Origin: a bacterium
GTDB lineage: Bacteria > UBA8248
DNA: 64,000 nt
Reading direction: 5' to 3'
Assembly: GCA_963692865.2 (NCBI GenBank)
Contig: OY843592.1
Location: forward strand, 864,001 to 928,000
Within the stretch, counting starts at the first letter, position 1. Each line of letters begins with the position of its first letter. Under the pieces are notes generated by a model that saw only the letters and a list, made by a program, of their open reading frames with translations, did no database searches and was not told the DNA's origin. Of the stretch, positions 9,502 through 18,262 are shown in pieces. The translations under genes and the position numbers were made by a program.

Positions 9502-10530
9502 CTACGCGGCGGCGACTTCTCCTTCCATCGCGTCCTCGTACGCTCCCGTGCGCGCGGCGCCGTTGCACTTGCACCGATGGAGGAAGAGCCTCTGGGCGAG
9601 GGGTACGTTCGCCGCATCCCCGCCCCAGCTCTTGAGCGCGGGCGCCTGCAGCGCGCGGCCGTAGGAGAAGCTGAGCTCCCAGGGGTGGGGCCCCATCGCG
9701 TTCATGGCGTTTAAGTGCGCGGTGGCGACGGCGTCGCTCTGCCCGCCCGAGAGGAAGCAGATGCCGGGCACGGCGGCGGGCACGTTTCTCGTGAGAGAGC
9801 GGACGGTGGCCTCGGCCACTTCCACCACGCCCGCCTGGGCCGGGCATTTCTTGCCCGAGATCACCATGTTGGGTTTCAGGATCATGCCCTCGAGCGAGAC
9901 GCGGTGTTGGTGCAGGGCGTGGAAGACGCTCTCGAGCGTATCGTTCGTCACCGCCTCGCAGACCTCGATGGTGTTGTCCGCGTCCATGAGCACCTCGGGC
10001 TCCACGATGGGCACGAGGCCCGCCTCCTGGGAGAGCGCGGCGTAGCGCGCGAGGCCGTGCGCGTTGGCGTCCATGCAATACGAAGACGGGATTCCCTCGC
10101 CGATGGTGATGACGGCGCGCCACTTCGTGAACTTGGCGCCGAGCGTGACGTACTCGCTAAGCCGTTCGCGCAGGCCGTCGAGGCCCTCGGTGACCTTCTC
10201 GCCCGGAGCGAAGGCGAGGTCCCTGGCGCCCTTGTCGACCTTGATGCCGGGGAGGATGCCGCGCGAGGCGAGCAGCGCGCCGAAGTTCGTCCCGTCCGCC
10301 GCGCTCTGGCGCAGCGTCTCGTCGAAGAGGATGACGCCGCTGATGTATTCCTCGATTCCCGCCGTCGTGAAGAGAAGTTCGCGATAGGCGCGCCGGTTCT
10401 CCTCGGTGGATTCGACGTTTATGCCGTCGAGGCGCTTTTGGATCGTGCCCGAACTCTCGTCCGCCGCGAGGATGCCTTTGCCGGGCGCCACCATCTGCTC
10501 CGCGATTGCCGCCAGGTCGTTCGTGCTCAT
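9502..10530 (-). CDS. fba: Fructose-bisphosphate aldolase class I (eukaryote-type family)
   Basis: [41 protein letters not shown] and FSYGRALQ motifs. Confidence 0.95.
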   Translation of the reverse strand: MSTNDLAAIAEQMVAPGKGILAADESSGTIQKRLDGINVESTEENRRAYRELLFTTAGIEEYISGVILFDETLRQSAADGTNFGALLASRGILPGIKVDKGARDLAFAPGEKVTEGLDGLRERLSEYVTLGAKFTKWRAVITIGEGIPSSYCMDANAHGLARYAALSQEAGLVPIVEPEVLMDADNTIEVCEAVTNDTLESVFHALHQHRVSLEGMILKPNMVISGKKCPAQAGVVEVAEATVRSLTRNVPAAVPGICFLSGGQSDAVATAHLNAMNAMGPHPWELSFSYGRALQAPALKSWGGDAANVPLAQRLFLHRCKCNGAARTGAYEDAMEGEVAAA

Positions 10531-10803
10531 GATTTTGCTCCTGCAAGAATTGCCGGTGAGGTGGAAAATTCAAGGGGAATTCCCCGTCCGGGGGGTTCCC
10601 GCACGCCGTCGCTTTTCGCTTTTGGATGCGTCGACGGGGTTTCGGGTTTCGGCTCCGAAGCGGCCCGCTCGCCGTTCGATCGTCCGGTTCGGAACAGGAC
10701 AATCCATCGCGCGTGAAGAATAGCAAAACCATGCCGAATTAGGAAACCGCCGCTCGGGTGGAAATCATTTTCCCGTCGTGGTCGAATGGGTTCTCCCGCC
10801 CGG

Positions 10804-11374
10804 GTGGTTGTTGAATAAGTCCCGGTAAATTAGGGTTCAACGCGACCGACGAGAACAAGAAAAACACTCCCCCCTTGAGGGGGAGTCAACGAGGCAAGGG
10901 CGTAGCCCGCAGGCGAGTTGGTGGTGGGGAGCTTTTTCAGTGGAATGTCCCCCCACCGAATCGGCCTTCGCACAATTCGCTCGGCCTCTTCGTCGGGCTT
11001 TCCCCTCGGGAAGCCCGACCCTCAACGGGTTGTTGAAAAAGCCTGTTTCACGAGCGGGCGGACACACAGGTCCGCCCCTACGCAAAACGAGATGGGGTTG
11101 TAGGGGCGGACCTGTGTGTCCGCCCGAATGGCCCGAAAGAACGAGGGCGGAGTGTAGGGGCCGCATACATGCGGCCCGTGTAGTGGGCGAAAAAAGGCCG
11201 GGACGCATATATGCGTCCCCTACACCCTCTCCTCAGAAGGACTTTTTCAACAGCCCCTCAAGGGGGGAGTTATTCTCTTCTCTCTCGTTGGCTGTCAATG
11301 CTGTACAAAGGTGAAGTCCGCAGCCACGCCAACGGTGGTCAACTCCGAGCGAGGAGGGACTTTTCAACAACCCC
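10804..11374. mobile_element. Nested non-autonomous element (outer TIR element > ~190-bp element > inner TIR element > REP doublets)
   Basis: Outer TIRs 10804-10822 and 11356-11374 (CGG on both flanks). The ~190-bp element (10864-11270) is interrupted by an inner TIR element 11026-11257 with TCAA duplicated. GTAG doublets at 11056-11125 and 11153-11223. Confidence 0.8.
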
Positions 11375-11417
11375 CGGAGGAGAGGTATCCGGTGTCTCGT
11401 TTTTTCCGGGCGCGTCC

Positions 11418-12572
11418 ATGAGCGCGCAAGCCCCAGGCGCGATCCCCTTCTGGCGGATGCCCGCGTTTTATTTCCTGCATTTTTTCGCAGTCGGCGTCAT
11501 GCTCCCGTTTCTGAACATCTTTTATCATTCAGTCGGCGTGAGCGGGTTCCAGCTCGGCCTGCTGAACGCGGCGCCGCGTCTCTCGAGCGCGCTGGCGCCG
11601 CCTCTGTTCGGAGCGCTCGCGGACAAGTTCCGCCTGGGCCGAAGCGTGGCCTTCACGTGCGCCGTCGCGAGTTCTTTGCTCGCGCTCCTCCTGTGGGGGG
11701 CGAGCGGTTTTTTGGCGCTCCTCACATTGATCATGCTCTTCTCCGCGCTCAGAGCCCCCCTCGTGCCGATAGCCGAGAACCTCTGCCTGCGCGAGATAGA
11801 GGCCACGGGCGCGCAGTACGGCCGGGTGCGCCTGTGGGGTTCGCTGGGCTTCATCGTCGCGGCGATGGGCGCGGGCCGCCTTGTGGAGACCACCGGGGTC
11901 GCCTCCATCTTTCCGTTCGTGGCGTGCGTGGGACTCGCGCTCGTTTTCGTCATCTTTCACCTGCCGAAGGAGACGGGCGCGGCAAGACCCCGCTTCCGGG
12001 CCGACCTGCGTCTCCTGCTCGGGAACGGCCCGTTGGCCGTCTTCCTCCTCACCACCACGTTCGCCTCGGTGTCCGCGGGGCCGTTCGGGATTTACTTCAG
12101 CATCAGGCTCAAGGAACTCGGGCTTTCGGCGGACCTGATCGCCCTGGCGTGGACGGTGGGCGTGGTGAGCGAAATCGTTTTTCTCGTCTACGCGCAGGCC
12201 ATCCAGAAAAGGTTCGGCCTCAAGTGGATGATAGCCGCCGGCATGATAGCCGCAGGACTCAGGTGGGAGTTCGTCGCCCTCACGACGGACGCTCTTCTGC
12301 TCATCCTCATCCAGCTCCTGCACGGCGTCGCCTTCGGCGTATTCCACGCGGGCGCGATCCAGTACGTCGACCGCCTGAGCGGCCCGGCGACCAAGAACAC
12401 CGCGCAGTCCCTCTACAGCGCCGCCACCTGGGGGGCTGGCTCCACAATCGGCGCGCTGCTGGCGGGCTGGCTGCTCCCGATATGGGGGTTCGTGGCGCTG
12501 CTCCACGTCGCCGCCGGGGTGGCGCTGTGCGCCGGGCTGGCCTTCGCCGTTTTGGGAGAAAACGTGGAGTGA
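11418..12572 (+). CDS. MFS transporter (HcaT/PPP-like)
   Basis: About 12 TM segments; GALADKF, YGRVRLWGSLG and LHGVAFG motifs. Confidence 0.85.
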   Translation: MSAQAPGAIPFWRMPAFYFLHFFAVGVMLPFLNIFYHSVGVSGFQLGLLNAAPRLSSALAPPLFGALADKFRLGRSVAFTCAVASSLLALLLWGASGFLALLTLIMLFSALRAPLVPIAENLCLREIEATGAQYGRVRLWGSLGFIVAAMGAGRLVETTGVASIFPFVACVGLALVFVIFHLPKETGAARPRFRADLRLLLGNGPLAVFLLTTTFASVSAGPFGIYFSIRLKELGLSADLIALAWTVGVVSEIVFLVYAQAIQKRFGLKWMIAAGMIAAGLRWEFVALTTDALLLILIQLLHGVAFGVFHAGAIQYVDRLSGPATKNTAQSLYSAATWGAGSTIGALLAGWLLPIWGFVALLHVAAGVALCAGLAFAVLGENVE

Positions 12573-12590
12573 GGCCGCGCGCCTCTTTTT
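12571..12590 (+). terminator. Short Rho-independent terminator
   Basis: GAGGC-N5-GCCTC followed by TTTTT. Confidence 0.45.
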
Positions 12591-12628
12591 GTTGATACAG
12601 GGATGGACAGGAATTAGATGGAGGTTGA

Positions 12629-13120
12629 GTGGAAATGAAAGCGGAAACCCTAGTACTTAAAATGCCCGGTGAAATGCTGAAACGTGGTTTTTGGCTCTAC
12701 GTTTGGCGAATCAAGACTCCAAAAGGAGTGATGTTGTATGTAGGACGAACTGGCGATAGTTCATCACCTAATGCTAATCCACCTTATTTGCGTATGGGCC
12801 AGCATCTTGGGAATAACGAAAAGCAAAACGCTCTTCGTCGCCAACTCTTGAAAGTAGGTGTTAAACCTGAAGATTGTGATTCTTTCGAATTGATTTCACA
12901 CGGGCCGCTCTTTCCTGAAAAAAGCAACTTTGAAGCGCACAAGCGGCCAAGGGATATTGTAGCAGCGCTTGAAAAACGACTACGTGATAGCCTCTCTGAA
13001 GCTGGATACCAGATACTCAATACCGTGCACTGCCGAAAAGAATTGGATAAAAAGCGGTGGCGGGATGTTCACGCTGCTTTTAGTGAATACTTTCCGAAAA
13101 TGAAATCAGGAAAAGTTTAA
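12629..13120 (+). CDS. Low-GC hypothetical protein, possible divergent GIY-YIG nuclease
   Basis: GFWLYV-x10-LYVGRT-x11-LRMGQH pattern; GGAGG RBS; visibly more AT-rich than neighbours. Confidence 0.6.
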   Translation: MEMKAETLVLKMPGEMLKRGFWLYVWRIKTPKGVMLYVGRTGDSSSPNANPPYLRMGQHLGNNEKQNALRRQLLKVGVKPEDCDSFELISHGPLFPEKSNFEAHKRPRDIVAALEKRLRDSLSEAGYQILNTVHCRKELDKKRWRDVHAAFSEYFPKMKSGKV

Positions 13121-13269
13121 TCGGCTCTGTCATCTGTAATCTTTTTGGAAGAAAGACATTGCCTCCGCCGGGAGCGCCCGTGCTGGACGGCCCCTCTCCT
13201 CGTGTGGGAGTATGGCGCGCGCTCCCTTATCGACGGCGCGAGGCGAACGGGAGAGGAGAGAGAGTAAGC

Positions 13270-13749
13270 GTGGCGAAAAAGACCCTGTATCTGGCGAGTC
13301 CCTATGGTTTTTCCTTACAGCAGCGCGAGGGACCCTTGAGAGCGCTCGTGGCGGCGCTCGAAGCCGCGGGCGCGGAGGTATGGGAGCCGTTCACGCGCAA
13401 CAACCAGCCCGAGATGCTCGCCCGCCCCGGCTGGGCCTACCGCGTCGGCCAGGACGACAAGCGCGACGTGCGCGAGGCGGCGGGCTTTTTCGGCGTGGTG
13501 AACGGCTGCCCGCCCGATGAGGGCGTCATGGTGGAACTCGGCATGGCGGTCGCCTGGGAAAAGCCGGTGTTCTTGTTCCGCGACGACTTCAGGCGCTCCA
13601 CCGATTGCGAGAGCTATCCGCTGAACCTCATGATCTTCACCGGCCTGCCCGAAGTGGGCTGGGAGAACTACTTCTATACCTCGCTCGATGAGATCGCAGA
13701 CCCCGAAAAGGCCCTCGCCCGCTGGCTCAGGGATGAGCCGCTGCCGTGA
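13270..13749 (+). CDS. Nucleoside 2-deoxyribosyltransferase family protein
   Basis: LYLASP.GFS, WEPF and D.GVMVELG.A.A..KPVF motifs. Confidence 0.85.
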   Translation: MAKKTLYLASPYGFSLQQREGPLRALVAALEAAGAEVWEPFTRNNQPEMLARPGWAYRVGQDDKRDVREAAGFFGVVNGCPPDEGVMVELGMAVAWEKPVFLFRDDFRRSTDCESYPLNLMIFTGLPEVGWENYFYTSLDEIADPEKALARWLRDEPLP

Positions 13750-13773
13750 GGAGTGTGCAAACACCACCCCTTC

Positions 13774-14091
13774 GGGGCTGTTGAAAAAGTTACGAATTCG
13801 AGATTCAGCACATGGAGCCGCCAAAGTAAGAAGGAGACAATACTCCCCCTGTGTAGAGCACTTAACAACCACTCCCCCCTTGAGGGTCTGGCTTCCCGAG
13901 GGGAAAGCCAGACGATGAAGCCGAGCGGTTTGTGCGAAGGCTGAATCGGTGGGGGGTGAATCGCGTTTTATTGCGTATTTCGAGTTATACCCCCCACCGG
14001 TTTGCTTGCGGGCTTGCGCCCTTAGCTCACCGACTCCCCCTCAAGGGGGGAGTGGTTCATCCCTACCCACACGGGGTTTTTCAACAACCCC
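13774..14091. mobile_element. MITE-like TIR element carrying an intact ~190-bp structured element (13868-14056)
   Basis: GGGGCTGTTGAAAAAG...GTTTTTCAACAACCCC; CCTTC on both flanks. Confidence 0.8.
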
Positions 14092-14132
14092 CCTTCCGCC
14101 TGTTTTGATTCTTAGAGTTCCAGAATTGGTTT

Positions 14133-14819
14133 TTAAGCCTCGAAGATAAGCTCTCTATGGTGGTGGCCTTTGATCCGATAGACTCGTTCAACGTAATCCA
14201 TGATATCCGGGATGCTGTAGTCAACACATAGTTCAACGACACGTTCTCCACGTATTCTCTTTTTCTTTTTTCGCCAATATTCGTAAGGGTAGTCTGGAAT
14301 TCGTTGGAATGTATTTTCGTCTCTGGCTGCTGGCTTAGGGTATCTCGTGCAACCGCTATTGATCGGACAGAGCCATACTTTGTCAAAATATTTTTCTACA
14401 ATCCTACGCGTGTCAACAACTAATACTTCATGTTCGCTATCGCGATATGGAGCAGCATTTGTTATGCGATGCAGACGTTCCTCTGTCAGCCAAAAGAACA
14501 CTCTTGAGTTGAGTAGCCTATACCAATCAGAAGGTGAAATGCGGCTCGGAAGGCAACGCCGTAATCCTGGATCGTCCATCGGTTTCTGGTCCCGCATCAC
14601 AGCTCGGGGTAAGTTTGTATGTATAAGTTCTACACAAAAAGGTCGTCTTTGGGATTCAACTTTTTCACGCTTCGCTCCACTAATGCCGTAAAGGTCAAGT
14701 AGAGCTGACGTGCTCAGAAGGCCATTCTCGGTGATGCCTTTCCAGGATCCAGAATCCGCCGCATGGTAGAGTTTCGGGCAATCTGCGATCAGTTCTTCCA
14801 ACTCAACATTGGTCACCAT
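14133..14819 (-). CDS. Low-GC DarT-like ADP-ribosyltransferase-fold protein (DUF7002-like)
   Basis: LYH...W..I...GLLS, RDQKP, RVFFW and VVEL motifs resemble DarT (LYH..GLLS, VPFYF, AEF); AGGAG RBS. Confidence 0.65.
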   Translation of the reverse strand: MVTNVELEELIADCPKLYHAADSGSWKGITENGLLSTSALLDLYGISGAKREKVESQRRPFCVELIHTNLPRAVMRDQKPMDDPGLRRCLPSRISPSDWYRLLNSRVFFWLTEERLHRITNAAPYRDSEHEVLVVDTRRIVEKYFDKVWLCPINSGCTRYPKPAARDENTFQRIPDYPYEYWRKKKKRIRGERVVELCVDYSIPDIMDYVERVYRIKGHHHRELIFEA

Positions 14820-14826
14820 GCACTCC

Positions 14827-14959
14827 TATTTGACACACTGTTTGGCGGCGTATGTGTTCTTGTAAGCATTTAATTATTATGCAGTTATGAATCTTTTTTC
14901 CAAAATTCCACGTCTAAATTCCCGTTATTTGACACGTTATTTGACACGCTATTTGGCAG
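14827..14959. repeat. 12-bp-periodic direct repeats TATTTGACAC in two clusters around an AT-rich core
   Basis: Copies at 14827, 14839 (degenerate), 14926, 14938 and 14950 (degenerate). Confidence 0.75.
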
Positions 14960-15001
14960 GATATTAAGGATTGTCAAAAAGCTTATCGAGACGTGGAGGT
15001 T

Positions 15002-15232
15002 TCACCCCTTCCTGATAACGACGCGCACGCGGCCATCCGGGTCCGGCGCCGCGCTCTCGACGGCGTGGCCCTCGGCGGCGGCGCTTTTGGGGACGCTGGT
15101 GGCGGCCTCGCCCGCGTCGAGCCATACTTCGAGGGTATCGCCCGGCGCCATCGCCTCGAGCGCGAGCTTGGTCCGCACCCAGTTCATGGGGCATATCTCG
15201 CCCGTGAGGTCGATGGTTTCGGCGCGGCGCAT
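15002..15232 (-). CDS. TusA-family sulfurtransferase
   Basis: IDLTGEICPM...TKLALE.M..GD.LEV motif, 76 aa. Confidence 0.85.
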   Translation of the reverse strand: MRRAETIDLTGEICPMNWVRTKLALEAMAPGDTLEVWLDAGEAATSVPKSAAAEGHAVESAAPDPDGRVRVVIRKG

Positions 15233-15258
15233 TTTCGGCTCCTCATGAGGTTCGTCCG

Positions 15259-15993
15259 ATGTCCGATATTGCCATCTTTTTGACCGGAACGGGAACCGGC
15301 GTGGGAAAGACGGTGGCGGGCTGCGTCATCGCGGCCCGCTGGGCGGCCGAGAAGAGAAGCCCCAGGGTGATGAAGCCCGCCGAATCGGCCTGCGCGCTTG
15401 TGGATGGTCGCCTCGTTCCCCGCGACGCCCTCGCCCTCAAGACGGCGGCGGGCGACCCGCGGCCCTTGGAGGAGATTTGCCCCTACAGATACGAAGTTCC
15501 TCTGACCCCCGCCCATGCGGCGGAGCGCGAGGGCGCGCCGCCGGACGTAGATCGCATAATCGGCTCGATAAAAGCCCTGAAAAAAGAAGGTGGCCCCCTG
15601 CTCGTAGAAGGCGCGGGCGGTCTTCTCGCTCCCTTGGCCCAAGGCGTCTTGATGAGCGATTTGGCCTTGGCCGCGAATCTGCTTCTCGTGCTCGTCGCTC
15701 AGCTTGAGCTCGGGGCCATCAACCACACCCTGCTCACCGTGCGGGAGGCGAAGAGGCAGGGTCTTCGGATTCTGGGCGTCATTCTTTCCGACACGACGGG
15801 GGAGGCAACGCCTGCGGCGGAGCGAAACCCTGCGGCGGTCGCCGAGCTTTGCGGAGCGGATGCCCCGCTATTGGGCGTGATTCCTTATCTGGCGGAAGCG
15901 GATGAGACCATCGCGCGTGCAACACCGGGTTCTAAGGCCGCTGGCGGGCTCTTGCGCCTGGCGGAGGGTTTGAGACTGGGTGCCCTCGGGTAG
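15259..15993 (+). CDS. bioD: Dethiobiotin synthase
   Basis: TGT.TGVGKT, MKPAES, VEGAGGL and LGAINHTLLT motifs. Confidence 0.92.
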   Translation: MSDIAIFLTGTGTGVGKTVAGCVIAARWAAEKRSPRVMKPAESACALVDGRLVPRDALALKTAAGDPRPLEEICPYRYEVPLTPAHAAEREGAPPDVDRIIGSIKALKKEGGPLLVEGAGGLLAPLAQGVLMSDLALAANLLLVLVAQLELGAINHTLLTVREAKRQGLRILGVILSDTTGEATPAAERNPAAVAELCGADAPLLGVIPYLAEADETIARATPGSKAAGGLLRLAEGLRLGALG

Positions 15994-16014
15994 CGGGGTG
16001 AAGCGGAAGGCTCG

Positions 16015-17004
16015 CTACTTCGCGTGAACGCGCCTGCGCAGGGATTCCACCTGCGGGGGCGTGCCCAGGGCGTAGAGGTGGTCTCCCGCCTGGATTTGAA
16101 AATCGGGGCCCGGGTTGAAGCGCATCTCCCCGCTGCTGTGGCGGATGGAGAGCAGGTACACGCCGGTCTCCTGGCTGATCTTCGATTCCCTGAGCGCCAT
16201 GCCGACGAGATTCGAACCCTCGGGCACGGTCACCTCGTCGAAGTCCAGGTCCGTCGTCGCGTGGCTGGTCACCTCGTCGAGAAAGCCTGCGAGCTTTGGC
16301 CTCAGAACGGACTGCGCCATGTGCATGCCGCCCATGATGTATGGGGAGACCACGCGGTCGGCGCCCGCCGCCTCCATCTTGCTGATGGAACTCGCCAGCG
16401 CAGCGCGGCTCAGGATGTAGAGGTTCGGGTTCAGCGCCCGCGCCGAGAGGGTGACGAACACGTTTTCCGCGTCCGTCGCCAGGGCGCAGACGAGGCTTTT
16501 GGCCTTCTCCACGTTCGCTTCGATGAGCGTTTCATCGCGCGTGGCGTCGCCGAGGATTACCAGTTTCTCCCCCTGATCGAGATGCGAGGCGATGGACTCG
16601 TCGCTCTCGATGATGACGCAGGGCAGCGATTCCCTGGCGTATTCCGCCGCGACGGTGGAGCCGATGCGCCCGTACCCGCAGATGATGTGATGGTTTTCGA
16701 GTTTGTTGAGTTCTTTCACCAGTTTTCGCCTCCCGAAAATCTGACGCACCCGCTCTTCGAACCTCACCTCGGCGATGATCGCGATTCCGTAGAACACGGC
16801 GCCCACGCCAAAGAGCATGAGCGCCACGGTGAACATGCGCCCCGCCGTGCTCAACTCACGCACCTCGTTGAAGCCAACGGTCGTGACGGTGATCATCGTC
16901 ATATAGAAAGACTCGCTGAGAGACCATCCCTCCAGCAGGGTATAGCCTGCCGTGCCGATGATGATGATGCCGACCAGAGATGCGGCGATGTAGGATACAC
17001 CCAA
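16015..17004 (-). CDS. Potassium channel protein (2TM + TrkA_N/TrkA_C)
   Basis: TVTTVGF pore, ICGYGRIG and GDAT motifs; start uncertain. Confidence 0.9.
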   Translation of the reverse strand: MGVSYIAASLVGIIIIGTAGYTLLEGWSLSESFYMTMITVTTVGFNEVRELSTAGRMFTVALMLFGVGAVFYGIAIIAEVRFEERVRQIFGRRKLVKELNKLENHHIICGYGRIGSTVAAEYARESLPCVIIESDESIASHLDQGEKLVILGDATRDETLIEANVEKAKSLVCALATDAENVFVTLSARALNPNLYILSRAALASSISKMEAAGADRVVSPYIMGGMHMAQSVLRPKLAGFLDEVTSHATTDLDFDEVTVPEGSNLVGMALRESKISQETGVYLLSIRHSSGEMRFNPGPDFQIQAGDHLYALGTPPQVESLRRRVHAK

Positions 17005-17126
17005 GGTTTTCCACGCCTTCTATGAATAACCCGTTCTTGATTCACGCTGCGCGAGGTAGATTGTAACCGCACTGGGCGCGCGATGGCGAGGAAGACCGGG
17101 CGAGGCCGCGGCGAAAAGGTTTGTCT

Positions 17127-18053
17127 CTATCTTCTGCTTGCCAGTTCGAACAGCGCGCTCCCGAGCCTCTCTCTCGCTTCGGCGCGGATGGGTTCCGTGG
17201 CCTCGGCGAACGCCGCGCGCTCGGCATCCGTCAGGTCCACGAAGGAGACCCCCTCTTCTTCGAGACTCCTGCGAATCGCAACCTCCCCCGCCTGCGCGGC
17301 CTCTCTTTGGTGGTCGATGGCTTCGCGGATGCTCGCGCGCGCCGCCTCCTGAACCTCGGCGGGCCAGGCGTCGAAGCTCTCGCGGTGGGCGAGCAGGGCG
17401 CGCGCCCCGTAGAAGTGGCCGCTCATCGTGATGCGTCTTTGGTGGTTCGTGACGCCGTAGGTCACGGTGTTGGAGAGCGGATTTTCCTGCGCGTTCACCT
17501 GGCCCGATTCGATCATGGCGATTCCCTCCTTGAGTTCCACCGGCACGGGCTCGGCCCCGAGGAGCTCGAAAGTCCTCACGTGCGTCTCGTTGGGCTGCAG
17601 GCGCACCCGAAGGCCGCGGCAATCCTCGGGCGTCCTCACGTCGCGGACGCTGTTCGAGAGGTGGCGGAAGCCGTTGTCCCAAAAGCCCAGGTTCCTGTAG
17701 CCGGTCTGCGCCTCGATTCGCTCGCTCAAGTGCGCGCCGAGCGCGCCGTCGAGCGCGCCGTAGGCGTGGGCGGAATCCTCGAAGGTGAAAGGCAGGTCGA
17801 CGATCTCAAGCTCCGGCACCCTGTCGGCGAGATAACTCGTCGAGAAATAGCACATTCCGAGCATCCCGCATTCCACCATGGCGAGAAGGTCGGGAGCGCC
17901 GTAGCCGAAATCCATCACGTTCCAGAAGATGTCTATCCTGACGTCATCGCCCAGCCGCTGGCCCATCTTCTCCCGGAAGAGAACCATCGCGCGGCTGTGG
18001 GAGGTATCGGGCGGGGAATAGCCCCCGATGCGGATGTGGACGGGCACGGCCAT
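17127..18053 (-). CDS. TRAP transporter substrate-binding protein (DctP family)
   Basis: DLPF, DNGFRH, P.D..GLRVR and AQENP motifs; no clear signal peptide. Confidence 0.85.
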   Translation of the reverse strand: MAVPVHIRIGGYSPPDTSHSRAMVLFREKMGQRLGDDVRIDIFWNVMDFGYGAPDLLAMVECGMLGMCYFSTSYLADRVPELEIVDLPFTFEDSAHAYGALDGALGAHLSERIEAQTGYRNLGFWDNGFRHLSNSVRDVRTPEDCRGLRVRLQPNETHVRTFELLGAEPVPVELKEGIAMIESGQVNAQENPLSNTVTYGVTNHQRRITMSGHFYGARALLAHRESFDAWPAEVQEAARASIREAIDHQREAAQAGEVAIRRSLEEEGVSFVDLTDAERAAFAEATEPIRAEARERLGSALFELASRR

Positions 18054-18262
18054 CTGAAATCGCTCCTTATCAAAGATTGAGGGTGATGCGCGCTTGAAAA
18101 GCGCGAGCGTATCACATATATCCTCCCTCGCCGAAGGGAACGCGGGCGCTCGCATGATTCTGATGCAGGCGATGAAAACGCCTCCCGGGGTCTTGACGCA
18201 TTCATTCCCCTGGGGCATGTTCCATCCTCTGATTTGTCCTTCCAAGCCGGGGAGATAGAGAA

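Noticed and set aside
8423-10530. Calvin-cycle (cbb) operon
   Set aside because: No RuBisCO or PRK nearby; gluconeogenesis is enough to explain fba-fbp
10722-10737. sigma54-like promoter upstream of fba (minus strand CGGCATGGTTTTGCT)
   Set aside because: GG-to-GC spacing is 9 nt rather than the required 10; plausible only if one T is missing from the run
17004-17045. Possible frameshifted N-terminal extension of the K+ channel (GTG 17045)
   Set aside because: It needs a 1-nt insertion, has no RBS, and the TTG start at 17004 already includes the first TM segment
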